From positions 6,266-70,265 of the IMG/VR virus record IMGVR_UViG_2974533118_000001: 64,000 nt of DNA. One strand, given 5' to 3'. The notes below the pieces were generated by a model. It did not search any database. It had not been told where the DNA came from and saw only the letters and a list, made by a program, of their open reading frames with translations. Shown here piece after piece: positions 44,295-52,746 of this stretch. Position 1 is the stretch's first letter, and every line of letters begins with the position of its first letter. This DNA comes from a virus (taxonomy: Duplodnaviria > Caudoviricetes). The position numbers and the translations under genes were made by a program.

Positions 44295-45367
44295 CCAACT
44301 GCATTGACCTGATCGAACAGCACGCCCCCGACGCGCCCAAGGGATCGTTCTACACATGCCCCCACGGACGAAACTACCGGCTCAAGGGCAAGGGCTGGCG
44401 CCCAATCCGCAACCCGTGGACCAACCGCAAGGTAAAGCAACAGCAATGGGAAGCGATCAAGGCCGAGCTCTTGCGTATCTGTGAGCGCGCCGCCGCCAAC
44501 CACGACGCCAAACAGGCTGAGGAAGCCGACAAAAAGGCACGCGCGGACGAAAACCGCGCCCGGGCACGTCAGCACGCCAACAAAATCAGGTGGGGCACCG
44601 ACGCCGAGCCCGGCGACACCGTGACAGTGGAACCGCTGCGTGAGCCGGAAGGCTTCGAGGTCACCCGTGTGCTGGGACGCGTCAAGCACGACGCCAAAGC
44701 CGGGGAAGTTGTGGAACTCGACGTCGACAACCCAGTAAATGACGAACTGCCCCGCGAGCTTTGGGACGCACGACAGGAACCCCACGGGTGGGCCAAGGTA
44801 GAGAACAGCGAGGACTACAAGCCCCGGCGCTCCGATGCATACCTGAACGCATTGGACTTGCCGGATGCTTCCAGCCTGAAACGGGAGGACCACAAGGCGC
44901 GCATCCTGGATGCCTACTACGTGAACGTGGCAGCCGGCCGACGCCTTGACACCGCAAAGGGCTTTTTCGCTAACACCGTGGAGGAATACGCGAAAGTCAA
45001 CCGTCTTGGCTTTGCGGACGCTGTGAGCCTCTTGGAGGAAGCCCGGGAGGACGAACGGAAGCACAACGAGGCCACCGGGCGCATTGCCGTTTACAAAGAG
45101 GACGGCACCGCCAAGACCGCTGACGAAATCCGGGAGGAAGCCGCCAAAATCAACGGACGCGGCACCACCTTTGTGGACTTGGAAGGCAGCCCCAACCTGT
45201 TGACCGAAAAACCCAAGGCATCCGGTGGCGTCATTTCCGCCGAACACGACCACTTCAAGGGAAGCGTCAAGATTGAGGTTCACGGCGTCCGTGGCGACGC
45301 CGCCGAGGTCATGGAGCAAGCCGCGGCAAGCATCCGTGAGAACGGCGCCCGGGGCGTGTGGCTGTGA
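44291..45367 (+). CDS. Hypothetical protein
   Basis: 358 aa, coupled to both neighbours. Confidence 0.75.
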   Translation: MTNCIDLIEQHAPDAPKGSFYTCPHGRNYRLKGKGWRPIRNPWTNRKVKQQQWEAIKAELLRICERAAANHDAKQAEEADKKARADENRARARQHANKIRWGTDAEPGDTVTVEPLREPEGFEVTRVLGRVKHDAKAGEVVELDVDNPVNDELPRELWDARQEPHGWAKVENSEDYKPRRSDAYLNALDLPDASSLKREDHKARILDAYYVNVAAGRRLDTAKGFFANTVEEYAKVNRLGFADAVSLLEEAREDERKHNEATGRIAVYKEDGTAKTADEIREEAAKINGRGTTFVDLEGSPNLLTEKPKASGGVISAEHDHFKGSVKIEVHGVRGDAAEVMEQAAASIRENGARGVWL

Positions 45368-45756
45368 GCTATCAGCACCCGGTTATTGACTTCCTGGAAG
45401 CCCGTCTTGAGGAACAGGAAGCCCTAGCCAAGACGTGCTTGTTGCCGGAACACACGCACCCCTATGGGGACGAAAGGATCCCGGCCTCACGCCCGGACCA
45501 ATGGGCAAGGGACTTGGATAACTACCTCGGCGGACCCTACGGCAAGCACACGGGCTATTGGTCCCCCACCCAAGTGCTGGCCGAAATCCACAGCAAGCGC
45601 GAGGTGATCCGAACGCTTCGCCTGTTGGTGGAGCAAGGCAAGGAAAGCCCGGTGATTCAGTCCCACAGCGTTGGGCTGCTGAACGCCGTCAAGCTGCTTT
45701 GCCAGCCCTACCAAGACCACCCCGACTTCCGCGCGATCCTGGACTATCTGCCCTGA
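45364..45756 (+). CDS. DUF6221-like protein
   Basis: FLEARLEE...SPTQVLAEIHSKR...PYQDHPDF. Confidence 0.75.
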   Translation: MSYQHPVIDFLEARLEEQEALAKTCLLPEHTHPYGDERIPASRPDQWARDLDNYLGGPYGKHTGYWSPTQVLAEIHSKREVIRTLRLLVEQGKESPVIQSHSVGLLNAVKLLCQPYQDHPDFRAILDYLP

Positions 45757-45807
45757 CGCTGTGTTAATGTGGTCTCACTCCTTCAGAGTGGCATCGGTTG
45801 ACCTGAG

Positions 45808-45836
45808 AAACCCCCGGCTAACCCCGGGGGTTTTTT
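45808..45836 (+). terminator. Intrinsic terminator
   Basis: AAACCCCCGG...CCGGGGGTTTTTT. Confidence 0.85.
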
Positions 45837-45858
45837 GGTGCCCGGGCGAGCCCTTAGC

Positions 45859-45891
45859 AAAAACAGGCACGCGACCGCGGACAATGAAAAT
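45859..45891 (+). promoter_or_regulatory. Middle-class promoter, copy 5 (leaderless)
   Basis: AAAAACAGGCACG-N13-TG-AAAA-T-ATG. Confidence 0.8.
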
Positions 45892-46692
45892 ATGAACCCC
45901 TTACGCAACACCATTGAGGAAGTCCGGGCGCTCATTGAAGCGAACGGGCACCACCTCCCGGCGCAACTGACCAGCGCCGAACTGTTCGCCGGGTACGGCG
46001 GCTTAGCCCAAGCAATCGAACGGGCATTCGGCGCCCACACCCTTTGGCTAAGCGAGTTCGACGCCGCCCCGTCCAAAATCCTTGCCCACCACTGGCCCGA
46101 CGTGATCAACCACGGCGACGTAACCAAGATCAATTGGGCACTCATGGGCCGGCCTAACATCATGGGTGGCGGATTCCCGTGTCAGGACGTAAGCCTTGCC
46201 GGTCTGCGCATGGGCTTGAACGCGGACACCCGCTCCGGTCTGTGGTTCCACTTCCTCAAGGGAATCGTTGCCCTACAACCGGAATTTGTCCTATTCGAGA
46301 ACGTCCGGGGCATCCTTTCCGCCAAGTCAGTCAGGGACGCCCCAAGCACCCCTGAAACGCTCGCAATTGATGCTGAACTACTCGAATTGACCACCCGTAG
46401 CGAAACCCTCCACGCAGAATTGGACCACCTCTATGACGCCGCTAGCCACGCTGAGTTCAACGCCGTTGAAGACCGAATTTCTGGCCTCCTGGAACAGCGA
46501 GAGAGGGCTATGGGAGACGAACCAGATGGACCTATTCAGCGAGCACTCGGAACCGTTCTCGGAGACTTGGCCGATGCAGGGTATGACGCGCAATGGTGTG
46601 GCCTACGCGCTGCCGACGTGGGCGCCCCCCATGGGCGTTTCCGCGTCTTCGGCCTTGGAATCCGGCGCGACCTCCTCAGCCCCGCAGCCTGA
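45892..46692 (+). CDS. C5 cytosine DNA methyltransferase, N-terminal subunit (motifs I-VIII)
   Basis: ELFAGYGG, GDVTKI, GFPCQD, ENV, HGRFRVF. Confidence 0.9.
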   Translation: MNPLRNTIEEVRALIEANGHHLPAQLTSAELFAGYGGLAQAIERAFGAHTLWLSEFDAAPSKILAHHWPDVINHGDVTKINWALMGRPNIMGGGFPCQDVSLAGLRMGLNADTRSGLWFHFLKGIVALQPEFVLFENVRGILSAKSVRDAPSTPETLAIDAELLELTTRSETLHAELDHLYDAASHAEFNAVEDRISGLLEQRERAMGDEPDGPIQRALGTVLGDLADAGYDAQWCGLRAADVGAPHGRFRVFGLGIRRDLLSPAA

Positions 46693-47932
46693 CAAGCTGA
46701 TCCCCACCCCGGAAGCCAAGCTAGCCAGTTCCGGGCCGGACTACGCGCGAGCCAACAGGGCCGGAAGCGGTGGCCATGACCTCACCACGGCAATGCACAT
46801 TCTGCATAACGAGACCGTGGAGGAAGTACCGGAATCCGCGCTGCTGCTCACACCTGTGGCCGCTGAGGGCGTCAAACCGTCCAACACCATGGGTGTTGAG
46901 CGTCGTCTATCCACCGGGCAACTGTTCCTCACCAACCAAGTGGTCACCATCATGGGGCTAGACCCCTCTGAGGACACCGGCAAGCTGCTGCCCACCCCCA
47001 CGACGCAGGAAACCAAGTCGGGGCCGTCCCAAGGGTCCAGGAACACGCCCCCACTCAACCATGTGGTCACGGACTTGCTGCCCACCCCCATTGCCTCTGA
47101 CAGCAAGGGAACCGGCCCTGCAGACGCCAACCGGGAGACCGTGCAACTGCGTGCCATTACTGAGCTCCTGCCAACGCCCATGTGTGGCGACGCCAAGCAA
47201 GCCCGGAACTCGACGGCGAACCGTAACAAGATTCCACCTACTGGCATCCATGCTGGGGACACCCTCACGGACTTGTTCGTGCCCAACGGGAACACCCCCA
47301 TTTTCCCGACGCCCAAGGGCAGCGACGGCGAAAAGGGCGGACCCAACCAGCGCGGTTCCAGCGGTGACTACGCACTACCCGCCATTGGCCACCTGTTGCC
47401 CACCCCGGCAGCCAACGACAGTGGCAACACCCCGGAAGAACACCTACGCAAAAAGCCCGGGCGCACGCAGGTAACCAGCTTGCAAGTCATTGCCGACCAC
47501 GGCCTCATTGAGACCGGGGGCAAGATTCTGCCGACGCCCACCGTGGGCAACGCAACGGGCGGAAATGCGCAGCGAGGCGGCGACCGTTCGGACGAAAAGC
47601 TTTTGCCCGGGCTGGCCGTCGAAATGACCGAGAAAGACCCCTCGGAAATCAACTGGGGTGCCTACGCCCCGGCCATTCGACGGTGGGAACGTATCAGTGG
47701 CCGCATGGCCCCACCCCCGACGACGGCAGCCGGCCGCGACGGCGCGCAACGCCTGAACCCCGCGTTTGTGGAATGGATGATGGGACTCAACCCGGGCCAC
47801 GTCACCGGGGTGGACATTCCCAGGTCCGCCATGCTCAAAGCCCTTGGTAACGGCGTCTGCCCACAGCAAGCCGAGGTAGCCATAAACCACCTGTTGGCCA
47901 TGTTCGTGCGAGCTTACGCGCTGGCAGCCTAA
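46433..47932 (+). CDS. C5 methyltransferase C-terminal subunit (variable region + motifs IX-X), overlapping frame; start uncertain
   Basis: 8 (L/I)(L/I/F)(P)TP modules, then RLNPAFVEWMMG and LKALGNGV. Confidence 0.8.
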   Translation: MTPLATLSSTPLKTEFLASWNSERGLWETNQMDLFSEHSEPFSETWPMQGMTRNGVAYALPTWAPPMGVSASSALESGATSSAPQPDKLIPTPEAKLASSGPDYARANRAGSGGHDLTTAMHILHNETVEEVPESALLLTPVAAEGVKPSNTMGVERRLSTGQLFLTNQVVTIMGLDPSEDTGKLLPTPTTQETKSGPSQGSRNTPPLNHVVTDLLPTPIASDSKGTGPADANRETVQLRAITELLPTPMCGDAKQARNSTANRNKIPPTGIHAGDTLTDLFVPNGNTPIFPTPKGSDGEKGGPNQRGSSGDYALPAIGHLLPTPAANDSGNTPEEHLRKKPGRTQVTSLQVIADHGLIETGGKILPTPTVGNATGGNAQRGGDRSDEKLLPGLAVEMTEKDPSEINWGAYAPAIRRWERISGRMAPPPTTAAGRDGAQRLNPAFVEWMMGLNPGHVTGVDIPRSAMLKALGNGVCPQQAEVAINHLLAMFVRAYALAA

Positions 47933-47934
47933 CC

Positions 47935-47966
47935 GAAAGCCCCCACCAAATCTGGCGGGGGCTTTC
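47935..47966 (+). terminator. Intrinsic terminator
   Basis: GAAAGCCCCCACC...GGCGGGGGCTTTC, nearly identical to the one at 22433. Confidence 0.8.
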
Positions 47967-47974
47967 TGCTGCGC

Positions 47975-48007
47975 AAAAACAGGCACGACGGCTGAAAGAC
48001 TGAACCT
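47975..48007 (+). promoter_or_regulatory. Middle-class promoter, copy 6 (leaderless)
   Basis: AAAAACAGGCACG-N13-TG-AACC-T-ATG. Confidence 0.8.
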
Positions 48008-49810
48008 ATGACCCTTTGTGATCCGTGCCAAGCCCTCTATGACGGGTGGCTTGAGTACAAAAAACCGGCCAAAGGATGGGTGACCCTCAACAGCCCGGAA
48101 CGCAGCGCCGAAACGCGCCGTTCCCAAATCCAGGACACCCGCAACCTGCAACGCCAACAACTAGACGGCATCCGTGAGACGTGCCGGCGCAAGCACCAAG
48201 AAAGCGAACCTATGACCAGTGAACTGACCGCCGAGGAATCCCAAGCCGTCGCTGAGGCGCTGGCAATTGCCAACGACGGCGTTATGCCTGCCCCGTCCCT
48301 CCACTACGAGGACAGCAACGTGAAGCTGTGGCACGGCGACTGTGTGGAAGTCCTCAAGACCTTGCCGGACAACAGCGTCGACGCCGTCGTCACAGACCCG
48401 CCCTACGGTATCCGGTTCATGGGCAAGGCATGGGACGGCGACGACATTGAGGAAATGACCCGCAAGCGCCGCGAGTCAGCCCCAATGCCGGACGGCGTGG
48501 GTGGCCCCAATGGTGGCTACCAGTCAGCAAGCACCGAGGCCGGACGGTACAACCAGACCCTCACAGCGAACCAAGCGTTTGGGGAATGGTGCCTTGAGTG
48601 GACGCGCGAGTGCTTCCGTGTCCTCAAGCCCGGTGGCCACATTCTCGCGTTCGGCGGTTCCCGCACGTGGCACCGGCTCGCGTCTGCCGTGGAAGATGCC
48701 GGGTTTGAAATCCGGGACTCAATCGCGTGGCTCTACGGATCCGGCTTCCCCAAGTCCATGGACATTTCCAAGGCCATTGACAAAATGCGCCACGAGTCAG
48801 CGGACAAGCTCAAGGTCACCTCGTGGCTGGCTGATCAGGCCGAGGCCAACAACATCACCCGCCGAATGCTGGACATTGCCATGGGTACCAGCGACATGGG
48901 CGGCTGGTGGCTGTCCCGCATTGAACACCGCTGCCAGATTCCCACCATGGAACAAATCCCCCGGGTGCTGGCTACCCTTGGCATTGAGGCTGAGGACGTG
49001 CCGGCCGAAATCCAGGAACTCATTTTTGAGCTCAACGGCGCCAAGGGAACCCCGGGCAAGGCATGGCTTGAGCGCGAGGTTGTGGGCACCCGGGAGACCG
49101 GCGACGCCTTGGGCTGGCTACAACAGTCCGGCAGCACCACCAAGACCGTGGACGTGACCACCGCAGCCAGTGACGCAGCAAAGCAATGGGAGGGCTGGGG
49201 CACGACGTTGAAGCCGTCCTTTGAACCCATGGTGGTGGGCCGTAAGCCCATGCGCCTGACCACTGCGGCCAACGTCCTCAAGCACGGCACCGGGGGCATG
49301 AACATTGCCGCCACAAGGGTGGGCGACGAACCCCGCACGAACAAGGGCGGCAGCGCGTCCAGTCTCCACGCCGTCAGCCGGGTGGAACAGGGCTACCGCG
49401 ACACCGTGACAGCGAGCGAGGGCGTGGAATCCATGGTCAACGGGCGGTGGCCCACCAATGTGCTGCTGGACGACTTCACCGCGGAACTGCTGGACGCCCA
49501 AGAGCGCAACGCCGACCAGTTCTTCCCCGTCTTCAAGTACGAGGCCAAAGCTCCCGCATCCGAACGCCCCAAGGTAGACGGCATAGCCCACCCCACCGTG
49601 AAGCCGCTGGACCTCATGCGCTGGTGCATCCGGCTTATCACCCCTCCCGGGGGCATCATCCTGGAACCCTTCGCCGGGTCCGGCACGACGGCTGAGGCAG
49701 CCGTAATGGAGGGCATGCAGTGCATAGCCATTGAGCGGGAAGCCGACTATCTGCCACTGATCCGGCAACGACTCGAAAAGCCCATTGAAGTGGCCTTGTT
49801 CCAAGTCTGA
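48008..49810 (+). CDS. N4C/N6A DNA methyltransferase, beta class (alternative start 48212)
   Basis: TDPPY, VLKPGG and HPTVKP motifs precede EPFAGSGTT. Confidence 0.9.
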   Translation: MTLCDPCQALYDGWLEYKKPAKGWVTLNSPERSAETRRSQIQDTRNLQRQQLDGIRETCRRKHQESEPMTSELTAEESQAVAEALAIANDGVMPAPSLHYEDSNVKLWHGDCVEVLKTLPDNSVDAVVTDPPYGIRFMGKAWDGDDIEEMTRKRRESAPMPDGVGGPNGGYQSASTEAGRYNQTLTANQAFGEWCLEWTRECFRVLKPGGHILAFGGSRTWHRLASAVEDAGFEIRDSIAWLYGSGFPKSMDISKAIDKMRHESADKLKVTSWLADQAEANNITRRMLDIAMGTSDMGGWWLSRIEHRCQIPTMEQIPRVLATLGIEAEDVPAEIQELIFELNGAKGTPGKAWLEREVVGTRETGDALGWLQQSGSTTKTVDVTTAASDAAKQWEGWGTTLKPSFEPMVVGRKPMRLTTAANVLKHGTGGMNIAATRVGDEPRTNKGGSASSLHAVSRVEQGYRDTVTASEGVESMVNGRWPTNVLLDDFTAELLDAQERNADQFFPVFKYEAKAPASERPKVDGIAHPTVKPLDLMRWCIRLITPPGGIILEPFAGSGTTAEAAVMEGMQCIAIEREADYLPLIRQRLEKPIEVALFQV

Positions 49811-49842
49811 GAAACAGGCACACCCCGCAATACGCTGAGAAT
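49810..49842 (+). promoter_or_regulatory. Middle-class promoter, copy 7
   Basis: AGAAACAGGCACA-N13-TG-AGAA-TAT. Confidence 0.7.
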
Positions 49843-49867
49843 ATAAGCCACAACGAAAGGGCCAACC

Positions 49868-50440
49868 ATGACCTTGAAAGAGACCTACACGGACGGGGCA
49901 GCCGCGCCGGAATGGGTGAAAGAGGGCGGCACCGTCGCCGTCTGCCAGCGCACACGCTGGGGTGTCGGCCACAGCGTCAACAAAGGCTATGTGGAGCGCC
50001 TGACCAAGACCCAAGTCATTCTGAACGACGGGCAGCGGTTCAGCCTCAAGAACGGCTTACGGGCCGTAGGGGACTCCAAACGCGACCCATACGGGCCGGG
50101 ACCGTTGTTCCTTGCTGACTGGGAATCCAAAGAGGTCAAGTCAGCTCTACGGGAACAGTTCCTGCGGAACGCCGCCACGCAGATTGCCCACCAAGCGCGC
50201 GCGTTTGAGAAAGAACCCACCGGGCAGAAAGCCCACGAGCTTATGGGGCTGCTGGCCAAATGGCTGCACAAGGACGGCACCGTGGTGGAATACGGGGTGC
50301 CAGTCAGTGAAAAGCGCCCCCATGAAATCGTGGTCAAGCCAGAAGCCGACGCGCGCCGGATAGCTGAGTCGGAAGGGCTGCCAATCTACATGCGCGCGCC
50401 CGGGGTGCTGTCCGGCAAATGGGTGGCGGTAGCGGAATGA
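49868..50440 (+). CDS. Hypothetical protein
   Basis: GAAAGG RBS. Confidence 0.75.
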   Translation: MTLKETYTDGAAAPEWVKEGGTVAVCQRTRWGVGHSVNKGYVERLTKTQVILNDGQRFSLKNGLRAVGDSKRDPYGPGPLFLADWESKEVKSALREQFLRNAATQIAHQARAFEKEPTGQKAHELMGLLAKWLHKDGTVVEYGVPVSEKRPHEIVVKPEADARRIAESEGLPIYMRAPGVLSGKWVAVAE

Positions 50441-50874
50441 GCTTGCACCTAGTCAAGGCCATTGAGGAACTGGCAGCCCGTTGCGAAAGCGCCGGACTTG
50501 TTGACGCTGCCGAGGTGGGCGCTGAGCTCCGCGCGATCCTGGAACGCTACCCGCTGCCCCCGGAAGACGCGGACGAACGCGATTCAACGCATTGGTTGTT
50601 CCAGCGTCACAGTGAAACCCTCACCCGGGTGGCCAACGCCGTCAACGGCCCACCCAAGCCGCTGTGGAGTCATTCCCACCATGACCTTGGCGAGAAAGCC
50701 GAGGAACTGGCAGCCAAGCACGCCGCTGCCCTCAACCCGTCACCAGCCCTGTTGGACGCCGTGGCCGAAAACGTGATGCTTGATTTCAACATTCCAAGCA
50801 TGGCTTTTGCGCGGCAAGAGGTCCGGTCGGTACTCAAGCACCTTGGGAACGGGCTGGACAATGGTCTCCGGTAG
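50437..50874 (+). CDS. Hypothetical protein
   Basis: ATGA overlap. Confidence 0.7.
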   Translation: MSLHLVKAIEELAARCESAGLVDAAEVGAELRAILERYPLPPEDADERDSTHWLFQRHSETLTRVANAVNGPPKPLWSHSHHDLGEKAEELAAKHAAALNPSPALLDAVAENVMLDFNIPSMAFARQEVRSVLKHLGNGLDNGLR

Positions 50875-51220
50875 CCGCCACAAGACCGTTGAGGACTCCC
50901 GGGAATGCCTCCACTGTGGGCAGACCCGGGGGCAGGTCCGCGCCGAGGGCAACGGGTGCGCCACAGTGGACTACGAGGGACACTGCCAAGAGGACTGGCC
51001 TCAGCACCGTTGGGCCGACTGGAAGCCCGAGGAAATCCCCAACTACATAAAGACCGAGGCCAAACACAAGTACGTCCGGTGGAACATTGCAACCCTCCAA
51101 TACGCGGCTTGTGAGGACACGATCAAGGGCCATGTGTACCCAGTAACCGATGAAGACAAGTCATTTTTCCAAGCCGGCCGATGCATCTTTTGCGGAATCG
51201 AGGAACCAACCAATGCGTGA
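50861..51220 (+). CDS. Cys/His-rich hypothetical protein
   Basis: CLHCG...C...HC...H...C...H...CIFCG. Confidence 0.7.
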   Translation: MVSGSRHKTVEDSRECLHCGQTRGQVRAEGNGCATVDYEGHCQEDWPQHRWADWKPEEIPNYIKTEAKHKYVRWNIATLQYAACEDTIKGHVYPVTDEDKSFFQAGRCIFCGIEEPTNA

Positions 51221-51662
51221 CGATCACCGGGTAAAGGCCACGCTTTCGTTCACCTTTGAGGAACTGGACGAAAACGGCACCGTGGTGCGCCGGTCCACTG
51301 AAAAGCACGGCGTAAGCCACACCATGACCACCACCAACATGGTGCGTACCCGCTTTCCTGACATGGAAGCGCAATGGGTGGCGCGGAAGTTCGGCCAAAG
51401 CGTTGCTGACCTCTTGGGCAACGTCCTGCCGCCGTTCCTGGACGGCAAGACCGGGCAAGCGTTCTGCCCCTCCACCATCCACGAGGGCAAAGAGATTCCC
51501 GCGCCCGTATCTGGGGTGTTCATCAACTATCTGACCCCCGGCGTGGAACCCCCCGTTTCCTATTGCTTCGAGTGCGCCGAAATGGGCGTGTTCACGGGCA
51601 TGTTCAAGCCGGACCCGGCAGCGCCCAAAAGCATTTTTGAGGTGCCAGAAAATGGCAACTGA
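51213..51662 (+). CDS. Hypothetical protein
   Basis: GAGGA RBS; FCP...H...YCFEC. Confidence 0.7.
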   Translation: MRDDHRVKATLSFTFEELDENGTVVRRSTEKHGVSHTMTTTNMVRTRFPDMEAQWVARKFGQSVADLLGNVLPPFLDGKTGQAFCPSTIHEGKEIPAPVSGVFINYLTPGVEPPVSYCFECAEMGVFTGMFKPDPAAPKSIFEVPENGN

Positions 51663-51951
51663 GGTCTACACCCCGGAACCCGTCCAAGGGCACCGCATGA
51701 AGCCCGATATTGAGATTGACGAACAGGGCGTGACGTGGCTGCTCATTGAGACCAATTACGGCAGCTACAAAGCGAACCACGCGACCATGACCGCGCCCCC
51801 TCCCGTCGCTGACCCCATCAGTGTGCGCATGGGCTTTGACCCCGGCAGCGTGGACCCCTCCCGGGTGCTGTGGGGCAAGAACGCTTACGCCACGTTCGCG
51901 CCGGAACCCAAGGCATACTTTGACGGCGTTTACATTGGCAAGGTGCTTTGA
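51652..51951 (+). CDS. Hypothetical protein
   Basis: GAGG RBS. Confidence 0.7.
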   Translation: MATEVYTPEPVQGHRMKPDIEIDEQGVTWLLIETNYGSYKANHATMTAPPPVADPISVRMGFDPGSVDPSRVLWGKNAYATFAPEPKAYFDGVYIGKVL

Positions 51952-52047
51952 TTCCCAAGCCCGGACCCCGGCCCGTCACGAACCCATACCAAGACCCCGT
52001 TGGCATAGCCCTTGTCAACGCAATCATCAAGAGAAAGTTGGCCCGAA

Positions 52048-52341
52048 ATGGAAGCCCAAACCGAGAACCTGGACCCCGCCAACGCACCGTTGGACACCAG
52101 CCCCGCACCGAACCCGGAAGTGGGGGACGTGGTGCTGTACCTGACCAAAGAGAACGGCATTGAGGTGCCGGCCATGGTCACCGGCAAGTTCGAGTACCGG
52201 GAAGCGGTCAGCCTGAAAATCTTCTACCCGCCGAACCTCCCGGAAGACCCCATCGACAAAGAACAGTTGCTAAGCGTCCCGGGCACCGTCACATATCTGC
52301 CCGGGATTGGTGAGCGGGGACGCTGGCGCCTTCGCGACTAA
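52048..52341 (+). CDS. Hypothetical protein
   Basis: PEVGDVVLY...PAMVT...SLKIFYP...RGRW pattern. Confidence 0.7.
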   Translation: MEAQTENLDPANAPLDTSPAPNPEVGDVVLYLTKENGIEVPAMVTGKFEYREAVSLKIFYPPNLPEDPIDKEQLLSVPGTVTYLPGIGERGRWRLRD

Positions 52342-52371
52342 AACAGGCACGCGAGTGGTTACGTTGGAAAT
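52339..52371 (+). promoter_or_regulatory. Middle-class promoter, copy 8 (leaderless)
   Basis: TAAAACAGGCACG-N13-TG-GAAA-T-ATG. Confidence 0.8.
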
Positions 52372-52746
52372 ATGACCACTGCTCTGCAAACACTCGCTGA
52401 CGTTGCCGCGATAATCGCCCTCAAGGCCCACACCTGGAACAACGAGGACGAACTACAAGAATCAATAGCTGAATCCCTCAAGGCCGCTGGGCTAGAGGTC
52501 ACCCGCGAGGTGGCCCTGTCCGGTGGCCTTGGGCGTATCGACCTCATGATCGGGGAACACCTTGGCGTTGAGGTCAAGGTAAAGGGCTCATGGCAGCAAC
52601 TCACCCGTCAGGTCATGCGCTACAGCCACGCCCCTGAAATCAAAGCCCTTTTGGTGGTGACCACCAAGCCCGGGCACGCCCAAAACGTCCCGCTACAGTC
52701 CAACGGCGTCCCGATCCTCACCCACCTGTTGCGGGGTGCGTTTTGA
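52372..52746 (+). CDS. PD-(D/E)XK nuclease-like protein
   Basis: EDELQ...REV...RIDL...EVK...QVMRY. Confidence 0.7.
   Translation: MTTALQTLADVAAIIALKAHTWNNEDELQESIAESLKAAGLEVTREVALSGGLGRIDLMIGEHLGVEVKVKGSWQQLTRQVMRYSHAPEIKALLVVTTKPGHAQNVPLQSNGVPILTHLLRGAF

Noticed and set aside
51948-52163. ORF MIPKPGPRPV...
   Set aside because: Overlaps the better-supported 52048 gene by 116 nt and has a low-complexity tail; it may be real but is unsupported
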